DNA of 64,000 bases from Alicyclobacillus sp. (GCF_023511815.1 NZ_JAIMAV010000002.1:7352-71351); one strand, 5' to 3'; shown: positions 1 to 9,209, counted from the first letter of the stretch. A program made the numbers and translations. Notes: generated by a model from the letters alone, not told the origin.

Positions 1-47
1 GGCTCGATCCCGCCGTCTTCGACACGTTCGTGAAAGAATTCGCGTGA
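1..47 (+). CDS. 3' end of an unidentified upstream CDS (partial; ...LDPAVFDTFVKEFA-stop)
   Basis: Frame is open from the window edge to TGA at 45-47 and is followed by a strong hairpin. Too short to identify. Confidence 0.3.
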   Translation, partial: LDPAVFDTFVKEFA

Positions 48-116
48 CCCGCGCCGCGCGTGTCCATGGGTCCCACATGACGCCGCCGGGCCGACCGCCC
101 GGAGGCGGCACCCAAG

Positions 117-149
117 CGAACGGCCGCCCGACTGTCGGGCGGCCGTTCG
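117..149. terminator. Perfect GC-rich hairpin between convergent genes (15-bp arms CGAACGGCCGCCCGA / TCGGGCGGCCGTTCG, 3-nt loop)
   Basis: Read directly from the sequence. It abuts the NUDIX stop codon (151-153). No clear U-tract on either strand. Confidence 0.45.
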
Positions 150-150
150 G

Positions 151-609
151 TCACTTCGACGCTTGCAGATGGCGCAACAGAATGGGGTGCACCCGCTCGT
201 ACACCGCATCTTTGAGGATGAAGCTCGCATGCGCGGAGGCGCGCACCGCGTCCGGCGCAGGCAGGCCCGGCATGAGGAGAACGTCCACGATCTCGCCGCC
301 GGGCGGTCTCGCGTGCCAGTCCTCCACCACGGCGGCGTACACCCACTTGTACGCCTGGTGATCCGGCACCCAGTACTCGGCAATCCAATGCAAGGATCGC
401 AACGTCGCCCCCGTCTCCTCCCACACCTCGCGCCGCGCCGCGTCCTCCGGGGTCTCTCCGGGTTCCAGCTTGCCCCCCGGTGGTTCCCATCCGCGCGCCG
501 GATGCCGAACCCACAAACTGCACCCGGACACCGCCGGAAACACCAGAACGGCCCCCGGCGCGTGGCGGAAATCCGCATCCAGACTGAGTCGGCCGGCCGG
601 CCGATGCAT
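151..609 (-). CDS. NUDIX hydrolase
   Basis: Nudix box GGKLEPGETPEDAARREVWEETG. GAGGGGGAG RBS 5 nt upstream of the ATG at 609. Confidence 0.85.
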   Translation of the reverse strand: MHRPAGRLSLDADFRHAPGAVLVFPAVSGCSLWVRHPARGWEPPGGKLEPGETPEDAARREVWEETGATLRSLHWIAEYWVPDHQAYKWVYAAVVEDWHARPPGGEIVDVLLMPGLPAPDAVRASAHASFILKDAVYERVHPILLRHLQASK

Positions 610-685
610 GGTGCACTCCCCCTCGCCGCGATCGATGTTACAATGGACGAACAGGACAAAAAGCCCAGGTCAGGAGGGAAACCGA

Positions 686-1024
686 GTGGAATCTGCCAAG
701 CCGTGGTGGAGCGGCGTCCCCGTCCCGGAGGGATGTGTCCTTCGCCGCAAACAGGTCTTCGAGTACACCACCCCGGACGACGTGTACCGAGTGGAGCTGT
801 TCGAGAATCCCGATGGGTCGTGCTACGCCATCGGCGTGCCCGAGCACAGTGAACGGCTCATCGTCTACGGATCGAACGTGGTCGACTCTCCGGAGCTCGC
901 CCTGCGCATCCTCACCGACAAGATCCGGCGCGAAGGGCGGCTGTTCCACCCGTCCGAGCCGGAGCACGACTCCAACGACGCCAACGAAGAGGCGGACGAC
1001 GACCGCGAAGACGGTGAGGTGTGA
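686..1024 (+). CDS. Hypothetical protein with acidic C-terminal tail
   Basis: In-frame GTG at 686 preceded by AGGAGGGA (672-679). Plausible globular composition (VFEYTTPDDVYRVELFENPDGSCYAIGVPEH). No family recognised. Confidence 0.5.
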   Translation: MESAKPWWSGVPVPEGCVLRRKQVFEYTTPDDVYRVELFENPDGSCYAIGVPEHSERLIVYGSNVVDSPELALRILTDKIRREGRLFHPSEPEHDSNDANEEADDDREDGEV

Positions 1025-1123
1025 CCGACGCCTCCACGAAGAGACGGCGCGCGTCGGTCGACAAATGACCCGGGGTCCAACGAAGCCCCGGGTCCATCCG
1101 GTTCCCACGACGCGACCGCCGGG

Positions 1124-1615
1124 TCACCACCACTTGCCGAACACCGCGCCGACCACGGCGCCGAGGATGGCGCCGACCACCACCTCGCGCGGCTCGTGGC
1201 CGAGAATCTCCTTCAAGCGTTCGCCTTCCCGCACCGTGCTCGCGGCCTGCACGGCGATGCCCGACTCCGCCAATTCCATCGCCAACCGGTTGAGCAACAC
1301 GGCGTGCTCTCCCGCATGCCGTCGAATGCCCCCCGCGTCGTACATCACAATCACGGCGAACACCACCGCGGTGGCGAAAACGGGCGATTGCGGCCCGACC
1401 ACATAGGCCAGCGCCACCGTCAGGGCGGCCGCCCCCGCCGCATGGGAACTCGGCATCCCGCCCGCGTCGATGACCTTGTGCAGGTCCCACTCCCGGTACA
1501 GCACGTAATGGAGCGGAACCTTGGCGAGTTGGCCGACCAGGATGGCCGTCACCGCCGCCATGAGGGGCGCGTTGTGCCACAGGCCCAGCAGAAACTGCAC
1601 CAGGTCCGTCCCCAT
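1124..1615 (-). CDS. Divergent PAP2 family membrane protein (YuiD-like, DUF212)
   Basis: GGMPSSHAA and MYDAGGIRRHAGEHA motifs resemble B. subtilis YuiD. Start chosen at MGTDLV, preceded by GGGGAGGA. Confidence 0.85.
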   Translation of the reverse strand: MGTDLVQFLLGLWHNAPLMAAVTAILVGQLAKVPLHYVLYREWDLHKVIDAGGMPSSHAAGAAALTVALAYVVGPQSPVFATAVVFAVIVMYDAGGIRRHAGEHAVLLNRLAMELAESGIAVQAASTVREGERLKEILGHEPREVVVGAILGAVVGAVFGKWW

Positions 1616-1641
1616 CTCCAGATTTCCTCCCCGCATGGCCG

Positions 1642-2718
1642 TCAGAACGTCACGATGTCGTCGAGGACGCTTCGGTCGAGCCGTTTGATCAGTTCGGCCA
1701 GCAGTTGGACCCCGTGATCGAAGTCGTCCTGGTGATACACCGCCGCATGGCTGTGGATGTAACGCGTCGGGTAGCCGATGGCCACCGATGGCACCCCGGA
1801 TCCAAAGGTCTGGAACCGTCCCGCGTCCGTGCCGCCACCCGGGACGACCTCCACCTGCAGGGGGATGCCGGCATCCCGCGCGGTATCCATCACAAAATCA
1901 CGGAAGCGCGGATTGGGCACCATGGTGGCGTCGTACAGGATGAGAATCGGGCCCTCGCCGCAGCGGCTGAGCGCCTCGTGTTTTTTGATCCCGGGGGTGT
2001 CCCCCGCGATTCCGACGTCCAGCGCGATGGCGATATCCGGCTTGACCTCGTGCACCAGCGTCTGAGCGCCGCGCAGGCCGACCTCCTCCTGTGTGGTCGC
2101 ACCCGCGAAGACCACGTTCGGATGCTCCGCCCCCTGAAGGGCACGCAGCAGTTCCACCGCCGTGGCGCACCCCAGCCGGTTGTCCAGCGCCTTGCCCATG
2201 TAAAATTTCCCGTTCGCCAACGGGGTGAAAGGGCTCCAGGGCACCACCGGGTCGCCCGGGCGCACGCCCAGGGCCTCGGCCTCCTCCTTGTCCTTCACCC
2301 CGATGTCGATGAACATGTCGTGGATCTTGACCACCTTGTTGCGTTCCTCGGCCGGCAGCACGTGGGGCGGCTTCGATCCGATGACCCCAACGCGTTCCCC
2401 CTGCCGCGTCAGGACCACCACACGCTGCGCCAGCATCACCTGCGACCACCAGCCGCCGAGCGTCTGAAAGTGGAGGAACCCTTCCTCCGTGATCCGCGTC
2501 ACCATCATGCCGATCTCGTCCAGGTGGCCGGCGACCAGCACCCGGGGGCCGTTCGGATCGCCCGTTTTGCGGCCAACCACACCGCCGAACCGGTCGCGCA
2601 CCAGGGTCTCCGACAACGGCGCCAGGTACGCCTCCATCTGCTTTCTCACCTGCTGCTCGTGCCCCGGGACGCCATGGGCGTCGCACAGGGTCTGAATCAC
2701 GCGTATGCGTTCGTCCAC
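1642..2718 (-). CDS. M42 family metallopeptidase (YsdC/PepA-like aminopeptidase, endoglucanase-like)
   Basis: AGHLDEIG, KALDNRLGCA and QEEVGLRGA motifs. GTG at 2718 has a perfect AAGGAGG RBS. The rest of the 777-aa track ORF is upstream run-on. Confidence 0.9.
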   Translation of the reverse strand: MDERIRVIQTLCDAHGVPGHEQQVRKQMEAYLAPLSETLVRDRFGGVVGRKTGDPNGPRVLVAGHLDEIGMMVTRITEEGFLHFQTLGGWWSQVMLAQRVVVLTRQGERVGVIGSKPPHVLPAEERNKVVKIHDMFIDIGVKDKEEAEALGVRPGDPVVPWSPFTPLANGKFYMGKALDNRLGCATAVELLRALQGAEHPNVVFAGATTQEEVGLRGAQTLVHEVKPDIAIALDVGIAGDTPGIKKHEALSRCGEGPILILYDATMVPNPRFRDFVMDTARDAGIPLQVEVVPGGGTDAGRFQTFGSGVPSVAIGYPTRYIHSHAAVYHQDDFDHGVQLLAELIKRLDRSVLDDIVTF

Positions 2719-2856
2719 TCGCTGGGTCCTCCTTAACTCGGTCACTTGTCCAAATCTCATGGTACCACAAACCATGGCCGCGGCGCAGATGCGCTGCCTA
2801 CACGAATCGGGCGCGGTGCCCATATGTTGAGGGGGAGAAGAAAGGGGAATCAGCCA

Positions 2857-3168
2857 ATGGTGAACATGCATCCCGTGCGGATTGGAGACGTGACCGCCGT
2901 TGCGATTGAAGTCCGTCTGCCGAAGACCAACCTGTTGGCGGTGACGACCGGGCGAGGATACGTCATGTGCGGAGCGCTGGACATCCAGCTGTTGCGAGAC
3001 AAGCTGGCGGACCGAGGGATTGTCGCGGCCCGCGCGGTGGGGGTCCGCACCATCGAGGAGTTGATTGATGGCACGGTGGAATCCTGCACGCAGGCGGCGG
3101 AGGCGATGGGCATCCAGCCGGGGATGCCCGTGCGAGAGGCGGTGCGGCGGATGGTGGAGGCCTCCTGA
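2857..3168 (+). CDS. DUF1805 domain protein (YunC-like)
   Basis: VAIEVRLPKTNLLAVTTGRGYVMCGALD pattern is typical of YunC-like proteins. ATG at 2857 follows a G-rich RBS. Confidence 0.75.
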   Translation: MVNMHPVRIGDVTAVAIEVRLPKTNLLAVTTGRGYVMCGALDIQLLRDKLADRGIVAARAVGVRTIEELIDGTVESCTQAAEAMGIQPGMPVREAVRRMVEAS

Positions 3169-3194
3169 CCTCCCCCCCCGCTGGCGGCGGAACG

Positions 3195-4442
3195 TCACCG
3201 GCTGCGCAATTCGTCCAGTCGGATGGCCCGCTTGTGCACCGTGTGCGCCCACCTGCGGTTCGACTTGGTGAAATACGCCTGCAGCACAACCGGCCCCCAG
3301 GTCCACAGGAAGAAAGGCAGGATGATCAGCCCAACGTACGCGCGCCAGTTCACCCGCTCCAGGAGCAGCGCCAGCGGCATCTGCAGATACAGCAGGACGT
3401 TGACGACCACCCAGAAGCTGGTCGGCAACAGCGCCGTGATGTGGGACACCCACGTGGTCTGCGGGGTGGAGATCTGCAACAGCATCATCAGCGACGTCAG
3501 AAACAGGATGAGAAAGCGCATGGGCTGAAACAGATAGATGCCCGCATCCAGTTTCGCCAGGTTTCGTTCGACAATCCCGGCGCGGATGAGCGGCAACATG
3601 TGCCGCTGCGCACAGTGGAAGTGCCCCTGCATCCAGCGCAGCCGCTGCCGCATCGACGCCATCAGGGTGGTCGGCTTCTCGTCGTACACCTTGGCGTCGT
3701 GCGCCCAGATGGGGTAGATACCGCGTTCGACGCAGCGCACTCCGAACTCCAGATCCTCCGTCAGACCGGTGGCCCCCCACCCCATCTCCCGGAGCAAATC
3801 CATGTCGATGCACAAGCCCGTGCCCCCCAGGGAGCAGGACAGGCCCAGATTCTGACGGGCGTTCTGCCACATACGGTTGCTGTACCAATAGGAGATGGCC
3901 ATCGACACGCTGACCCAGGTGTCGAACGGGTTTTTCACGCCCAGGTACCCCTGAATCACCTTGTGACCGTCGCACAGCCGATCGTTCATGATGCGCAGGA
4001 AGTCAGGCGCGACCAGATTATCCGCGTCGAACATGACAATCGCGTCATAGTGCACACCCGACTTCCACAACCGCTCCAGCATCCATTCGATGGCGTACCC
4101 CTTGCCGCGCTTGTCCTCGCTGTGGCGCACGTGGACGGCGGCGCCGTGCTTGAGCGCGACCTCGCGGGTATGATCCGTGCAGTTGTCGGCGATCACATGG
4201 ACATCGAACAACTCCCGCGGATAGTCCTGCGCCATGAGACTGTCGACCAGCGGTCCGATGACCTGTTGCTCGTCGTGGGCCGGGATGATCACCGCGAACC
4301 GCTTCCGAGGTGCATGCCGCAGAGGTTTCCGCCGGTGCCACACGCCGAACAGCGACAGAACAATCTGGTACACGCCGATGGCGCCGGTGAACACCTGCAT
4401 GAAGGCGTACACCGTATTCAAAAAAACGTGAAACAGGGACAT
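3195..4442 (-). CDS. Family 2 glycosyltransferase, membrane-integrated (processive beta-glycan synthase-like)
   Basis: AVIIPAHDE, FDADN, TEDLEF and QRLRW (QxxRW) motifs plus N- and C-terminal TM segments. GAGAGGGGA RBS. Confidence 0.9.
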   Translation of the reverse strand: MSLFHVFLNTVYAFMQVFTGAIGVYQIVLSLFGVWHRRKPLRHAPRKRFAVIIPAHDEQQVIGPLVDSLMAQDYPRELFDVHVIADNCTDHTREVALKHGAAVHVRHSEDKRGKGYAIEWMLERLWKSGVHYDAIVMFDADNLVAPDFLRIMNDRLCDGHKVIQGYLGVKNPFDTWVSVSMAISYWYSNRMWQNARQNLGLSCSLGGTGLCIDMDLLREMGWGATGLTEDLEFGVRCVERGIYPIWAHDAKVYDEKPTTLMASMRQRLRWMQGHFHCAQRHMLPLIRAGIVERNLAKLDAGIYLFQPMRFLILFLTSLMMLLQISTPQTTWVSHITALLPTSFWVVVNVLLYLQMPLALLLERVNWRAYVGLIILPFFLWTWGPVVLQAYFTKSNRRWAHTVHKRAIRLDELRSR

Positions 4443-4517
4443 TGAACATCCCCTCTCGTCAGTCCGTCATGGTGGGCTCCGCTTGGCGGTGTCCGTCGGC
4501 CTCAACCCACGAATCCC

Positions 4518-4545
4518 ATTGTAGGACTGCCGCTCCATCTGTCAA
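4518..4545 (-). promoter_or_regulatory. SigA-type promoter candidate for the GT2 gene (-35 TTGACA, 16-bp spacer, -10 TACAAT)
   Basis: Minus strand reads TTGACAgatggagcggcagtccTACAAT, about 75 nt upstream of the ATG at 4442. Confidence 0.5.
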
Positions 4546-4662
4546 CGGGAATTGTGGCGAACGATGTCAGTCATACCACGGGCATTCACAATTTGTCATG
4601 GATCCTGTACCATGGACGTGACCTGTCACTCGGATGCCGTGACCCAGAAGGAGGACGACCGG

Positions 4663-5259
4663 TTGGCGGAACACTTGAGCCTGTGGGTATCTCAGTACGG
4701 TATTGTGGCCATCTTCGTACTGATGACACTGGAAAGCGCATGTATCCCCATCCCGAGCGAGGCGGTCGTCCCGTACGCCGGATACCTCGCCTACAACCAT
4801 CAGTTGTCCTTCACCGGTGCCGTCCTCACCGCCACCGCCGCCAACGTCGTCGGCGGGTGGATCGCCTATCTGGTCGGGGCGCGCGGCGGCCGGCCGCTCA
4901 TCCTGCGCTACGGGCGCTACATTCTGCTGAGCGAACGCCACCTGAAGCAGGCGGAGCGTTGGTTCGAGCGCCACGGAGAATGGACGGTGTTCTTCGGCAG
5001 AATGTTACCGGCGCTGCGGACGTTCATCTCGCTGCCCGCCGGCATCGGGCGCATGAACCCCGTCCGGTTCACCCTGTACTCCGCCCTCGGTTCTCTCCCG
5101 TGGAACTTCGCCCTCGCCTGGGCCGGATGGCAGCTGGGCAAACACTGGGAGGCCGTCGGGACATACCTGAAGCCCCTTACATGGTTCGGGGCGGCGGTGC
5201 TGGTTGTTGGGGTGGTCTGGTTCTGGTTCGGCCAACGCCGGCGCCGGCGCGCGGGGTGA
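4663..5259 (+). CDS. DedA family membrane protein
   Basis: LESACIPIPSE and FFGRMLPALRTFISLPAG motifs. TTG at 4663 preceded by AAGGAGGA. An ATG at 4612 is an alternative start. Confidence 0.85.
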   Translation: MAEHLSLWVSQYGIVAIFVLMTLESACIPIPSEAVVPYAGYLAYNHQLSFTGAVLTATAANVVGGWIAYLVGARGGRPLILRYGRYILLSERHLKQAERWFERHGEWTVFFGRMLPALRTFISLPAGIGRMNPVRFTLYSALGSLPWNFALAWAGWQLGKHWEAVGTYLKPLTWFGAAVLVVGVVWFWFGQRRRRRAG

Positions 5260-5270
5260 CGGGTCCCGCG

Positions 5271-5369
5271 ATGGGGCCCTTCGGCCCTTGAGGTCTGTGC
5301 ACCCGTCCGCTGCCGCCCGTGGGTCAGGATGGCGTCATGGGGCCTTTCGGCCCTTGAGGTCTGTGCACC
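5271..5369. repeat. Two copies of a 33-nt element (ATGGGGCCYTTCGGCCCTTGAGGTCTGTGCACC) with a 66-nt period, each containing a GGGCC/GGCCC hairpin
   Basis: Copies at 5271-5303 and 5337-5369 differ at one position. They lie between the convergent dedA-like and HD genes. Confidence 0.75.
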
Positions 5370-5397
5370 GGACCTCGCAAATAAACGCCCCGCGTCC

Positions 5398-6648
5398 CTA
5401 CGCCTTGTGCCCGTACACCAGGGACCGCACCCGCTCCACCACCGGCCCCTCCCCCTCCAGCATCTCCTTCGGCAAGAACAGCCGGTACTCCGTATCCGGA
5501 ATGAGGGAGCGCACGATGCGCGACTCCCGGCTCAGCTCGCTGATGGATCCATCCGTCTTCAGAATCGGAATGCCCTCTCCGCGGTACACGTAGGCCGCGA
5601 TCGCCGAGGAACGCCCGCACACGTAGTAGTCCGGGTGAAATCCCAGCGCCCGCGCCGCGGTCCGCAACGCGGCCCAGGCGGCGCTGTCCGGTTCCGGACG
5701 CGTGACCGCCGCAAACAACCGGCGGTTGACAAAGCGCCGGGCGAGATCGGCCAAGACCGGATCGTCGCACTTCGTCCAGCGGCGAAACGCGTACAACAGG
5801 GTCGATTCGTCCATCTCCAGATAGGCGGCCACGGACACCCGCCCGCTGTCGACGAACAGCGCCGCCAACGGTTCCGGCATCTCGAGCCCGGCGCCCTGGG
5901 CCCACAGTTCCCCGGCGCGCCGCAGGATCTGCCCGACCAGGACATCGCTGCCGATGGTCACCGGGTGCAGGTACACCTGCGTGTACATGAAGTACCGCGC
6001 CAGAATGTACTGCTCCACCGTGTGCACGGCCTGTTCCTTCAAAACCACCTGACCATCCGCCAGGGTCATGGAGCGAACCAGACGCGCCAGCTCGAACCGG
6101 CCGTACGACACCCCGGTGTGCAGGGCGTCCCGCAACAGATAGTCCATCCGGTCCACGTCCAGCTGACTGGTGATCAGCTGTTGGATCACGGAGTCCGACT
6201 GTTTTTGCAACAGACCCACCAGGTCCACCGCGAAGGTCTCGTCCACCTCATCCAGCAGGCCGCGCAGCTCCGGGTCCTCGAGCAGGATGCGGCGCGTCCA
6301 CTGCTCGTGGTGGACATCGTACACACTCTCGAAGGTGTGCGAGAACGGGCCATGGCCGACGTCGTGCAGGAGGGCGGCCGCCAGGGCGAGTTTTCGATCC
6401 CGCTCGTCGCCCGGCCACCCGCACTCCTGCTCCAGGTGCAACAGGACCCGGCGCATGGTCTCGTACGCCCCCAGAGAATGGGTGAACCGGCTGTGCTCGG
6501 CGCCGTGAAACGTGAGGTACGAGGTTCCCAGTTGATGAATGCGACGGAGCCGTTGCACCGCGGCGGTGTTGATGAGGCGCCAAACCCACGGGTCCTCCAC
6601 CAGCACCTCGTCATGCACCGGGTCCTTCAGCACTTTGTTCGTCCACAT
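5398..6648 (-). CDS. HD domain phosphohydrolase, SAMHD1/YwfO-like dNTP triphosphohydrolase family
   Basis: KVLKDPVH..., QRLRRIHQLG, EHSRFTHSLG and LLHDVGHGPFSH motifs. Start chosen at MWTNK (6648). Confidence 0.85.
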   Translation of the reverse strand: MWTNKVLKDPVHDEVLVEDPWVWRLINTAAVQRLRRIHQLGTSYLTFHGAEHSRFTHSLGAYETMRRVLLHLEQECGWPGDERDRKLALAAALLHDVGHGPFSHTFESVYDVHHEQWTRRILLEDPELRGLLDEVDETFAVDLVGLLQKQSDSVIQQLITSQLDVDRMDYLLRDALHTGVSYGRFELARLVRSMTLADGQVVLKEQAVHTVEQYILARYFMYTQVYLHPVTIGSDVLVGQILRRAGELWAQGAGLEMPEPLAALFVDSGRVSVAAYLEMDESTLLYAFRRWTKCDDPVLADLARRFVNRRLFAAVTRPEPDSAAWAALRTAARALGFHPDYYVCGRSSAIAAYVYRGEGIPILKTDGSISELSRESRIVRSLIPDTEYRLFLPKEMLEGEGPVVERVRSLVYGHKA

Positions 6649-6718
6649 GGGCTTGTCCCCCCGGCGGAAGACAGAAAAAGCCCGGCGGGAGGGCTCCCGC
6701 AAGGCTTCGTCATCCGTG

Positions 6719-7072
6719 TTACTCGCAGGACCCGGGCTGACCGGCCTGCGTCGCGGTGCGAAAACTCGATCCACATCCGCACGTGCTCACGGCGTTCGGG
6801 TTGAGGATGCGAAATCCCTGCCCCGTGATGTCGTCGACGTAATCCACCTCCGAGCCGTCGATGAGGCTCAGGGACTCCGGGTCGACCACCACCAGGACGC
6901 CCTTCAACTCGTAACGGTGGTCCCCCTCCTTGGGGGCGTCGAGCGCCATCCCGTAGCTGAACCCCGTGCAACCGCCCGGCTTGACATACAACCGGAGCGC
7001 GCGCTCGTCCTCGCCGCGCCCATCCATCATCTCGCGCAGTTTGCTGGCCGCGCTGTCGGTCAAGGTCACCAT
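6719..7072 (-). CDS. HesB/IscA family iron-sulfur cluster insertion protein
   Basis: RLYVKPGGCTGFSYG and C-terminal STCGCGSSF motifs. AAAGGAGGGG RBS before the ATG at 7072. Confidence 0.9.
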   Translation of the reverse strand: MVTLTDSAASKLREMMDGRGEDERALRLYVKPGGCTGFSYGMALDAPKEGDHRYELKGVLVVVDPESLSLIDGSEVDYVDDITGQGFRILNPNAVSTCGCGSSFRTATQAGQPGSCE

Positions 7073-7156
7073 CGGAACCCCTCCTTTCACACCGATTATA
7101 CGCCAACCGCGGACACGACGGCGCCTGCTTTATACGCCACCGCCGGCACTGTGCGC

Positions 7157-7633
7157 CTACTGTCGCCCCGCCAGCTCGCGAACCACCGCCAGCACGGCCG
7201 CCGCGTGGCCCTCCACCCTCACCTTGGGAAACACCGCGGCGATGGTCCCGTCCGGGCCAACGACGTAGGTGGTTCGTTCAATGCCAAGGCTGGTTTTTCC
7301 GAACATCGACTTCTCCTTGAGGACGTCGAAAGCTCGGCACATCGCCCCGTCCACGTCCGCCAACAGGGGCATGTTGAGATCGTTTTTCTCCGCAAATTTC
7401 TTGTGCGAAGCCACCGAATCCCGCGAGACGCCGTACACGACGGCGCCGACCTCCGCGAACGCGCCCATGTGATCGCGAAAGTCCCTGGCCTCGTTCGTTC
7501 ACCCAGGGGTGCTGTCCTTCGGGTAGAAGAAAAGAACCGACACCTTCCCCAACAGATCCTCCCGAGTCACCGTCTCGCCGGTGTGAGACTCGACGGAGAA
7601 CTCGGGCACCGCGGCACCCACATCCAGGGGCAC
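7157..7633 (-). CDS. bcp: Bcp-type peroxiredoxin with in-frame TGA (7499-7501) at the peroxidatic-Cys position, codon 45; candidate selenoprotein (alternative: pseudogene or sequencing error)
   Basis: Track ORFs 7499-7870 and 7157-7468 share one frame. The joined product reads VLFFYPKDSTPG-[TGA]-TNEARDFRDHMGAFAEVGAVVYGVS..., matching the Bcp FYPKxxTPGCTxEAxxFRD motif. GTG at 7633 is preceded by GAAGGAGGG. Confidence 0.7.
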
Positions 7634-7754
7634 GGGAATCCCTCCTTCGGCTCGGCGCGCCGACACCGCACCGACCCCCGCCGCGGGCCACCCGGGACGC
7701 CGGTATCTTTCGCGAACGGGCGGTGCGTACGGGGTGTCCGCGGGCGGGCTGGCC

Positions 7755-9209
7755 TCACTCGCGGACGACCTTGATGGTGCGGATCTCCGGATCGTCCGGT
7801 CCTTGCACCGGCAGGCCGGCGCGCAGGTTTTCTTCAATATAATCCAAGTTGTCCTTGGAAACCACCTCACCCGGCAACAGGATGGGAATGCCGGGAGGAT
7901 AGACCATGATCATCTCCGCGATGGTGCGCCCGACCGATTCGTGGAAAGGCACCGACTCCGTCTTGGCGTAAAACGCCTCGCGCGGTGACATCCGAAGTTC
8001 GGGCATCGACGGCACCTTGACCTGCACCGTGCGCTTCCCGATCTGATCCTTGTACGCGGCCGAGATCTTCACCAGGGCGTCCACCAGGCGGAGAATGTCC
8101 TCCCGTTCATCGCCCCAGGAGATCACGCACAGGATGTTGTACAGGTCGCTCAGCTCGACCTCGATGTTGAACTCCTCGCGCAGCATCACCTCGACGTCGT
8201 ATCCGCGGATGCCGAGGTCCTTGACGGAGATGATGAGCTTCGTCGGATCCAGCGCAAACGTGGCGCTGTTGCGCAGAATCTCCTTTCCCGGACAGTACAG
8301 GCCGGGAATCTGGTTGATGCGGCGCCTCGCCTCGTCGGCAAGCCGGATGGCTTTCTCCATGCGTTCACGCCCGTGAAGGGCCAGCTCCTTGCGCGCGGCG
8401 TCCAGCGACGCGAGCAGGAGGTACGAGGTCGAGGTGGTGGTCAACATGCTCATGACCACCTGGACGTGGCGCGGATCGATCCGGCCGCGGCGGACGTTGA
8501 GGACACTCGACTGCGTCATCGATCCGCCGAGTTTATGCACGCTCGTCGCCGCCATGTCGGCCCCCGCCTGCATGGCCGACACCGGCAGGTCCTCGTGAAA
8601 CGCGGTGTGAATGCCGTGCGCCTCATCCACGAGAACGGGCACGTCGTATCGGTGCGCGATCTCGACGATCCGCCGCAGGTCGGCCGCCACCCCGAAGTAG
8701 GTGGGATTGATCACCACCAGCGCCCGGGCGTCCGGGTGCTGAATCAGGGCGTCCTCCACCGTCTCGACCGACAGGCCGTGCATGATCCCCAGTTCCGTGT
8801 CCACCTCGGGATGCAGAAACACCGGATGGGCGCCGGAGAGCATGATGGCCGCCAGGACCGACTTGTGCACGTTGCGCGGCACCAGGATCTTCTCCCCGGG
8901 GCCCACGGTGGCCAGCACCATCGCCATGATGGCGGTGCTGGTGCCCTGCACGGAGAAAAAGGTTTCATCCGCCCCGAAGGCCTCCGCGGCCAACGCCTGG
9001 GCCTCCTTGATGATGCCCGTGGGATTGTGCAGGTCGTCGAGCGGCGCGATGTTGATGAGATCGATGGACAGCGCGTTCTCCCCGATGAACGATTGAAACG
9101 CGGAATGCATCCCGCGGCCGCGCTTGTGCGCCGGGATGTGAAATTGGATCGGATTGCGTTTCGCATGCGCCAACAGGGCGCTGAACAGGGGTGTGTCTTG
9201 TTGGTTCAA
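7755..9209 (-). CDS. speA: Arginine decarboxylase (Orn/Lys/Arg decarboxylase family, PLP-dependent)
   Basis: Near-colinear with remembered B. subtilis SpeA (QFHIPxHKxG, FIGENALSIDLINI, FFSVQGTS, ATSVHKLGGS, LTTTSTSYLLLASLD). TTG start at 9209 with GGGAGGAG RBS. Confidence 0.9.
   Translation of the reverse strand: MNQQDTPLFSALLAHAKRNPIQFHIPAHKRGRGMHSAFQSFIGENALSIDLINIAPLDDLHNPTGIIKEAQALAAEAFGADETFFSVQGTSTAIMAMVLATVGPGEKILVPRNVHKSVLAAIMLSGAHPVFLHPEVDTELGIMHGLSVETVEDALIQHPDARALVVINPTYFGVAADLRRIVEIAHRYDVPVLVDEAHGIHTAFHEDLPVSAMQAGADMAATSVHKLGGSMTQSSVLNVRRGRIDPRHVQVVMSMLTTTSTSYLLLASLDAARKELALHGRERMEKAIRLADEARRRINQIPGLYCPGKEILRNSATFALDPTKLIISVKDLGIRGYDVEVMLREEFNIEVELSDLYNILCVISWGDEREDILRLVDALVKISAAYKDQIGKRTVQVKVPSMPELRMSPREAFYAKTESVPFHESVGRTIAEMIMVYPPGIPILLPGEVVSKDNLDYIEENLRAGLPVQGPDDPEIRTIKVVRE

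Noticed and set aside
1-30. tRNA T-arm-like string GGCTCGATCCCGCC at the window start
   Set aside because: There is no acceptor or anticodon arm context within the window. The same bases read as the plausible C-terminus of a protein (LDPAVFDTFVKEFA-stop).
2719-3975. Upstream 419 codons of the 777-aa ORF 1642-3975 (apparent giant fusion to the M42 peptidase)
   Set aside because: The M42 peptidase has a full-length start at GTG 2718 with a perfect AAGGAGG RBS. The upstream part overlaps the YunC-like and GT2 genes in other frames and has shadow-frame composition.
5398-6648. HD-domain dNTP triphosphohydrolase as a dNTP-depletion phage-defence gene
   Set aside because: Sequence and context (IscA, Bcp and speA neighbours, no mobile or defence neighbours) match the housekeeping YwfO/EF1143-type enzyme found across Firmicutes. 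Nothing here suggests a defence islet.
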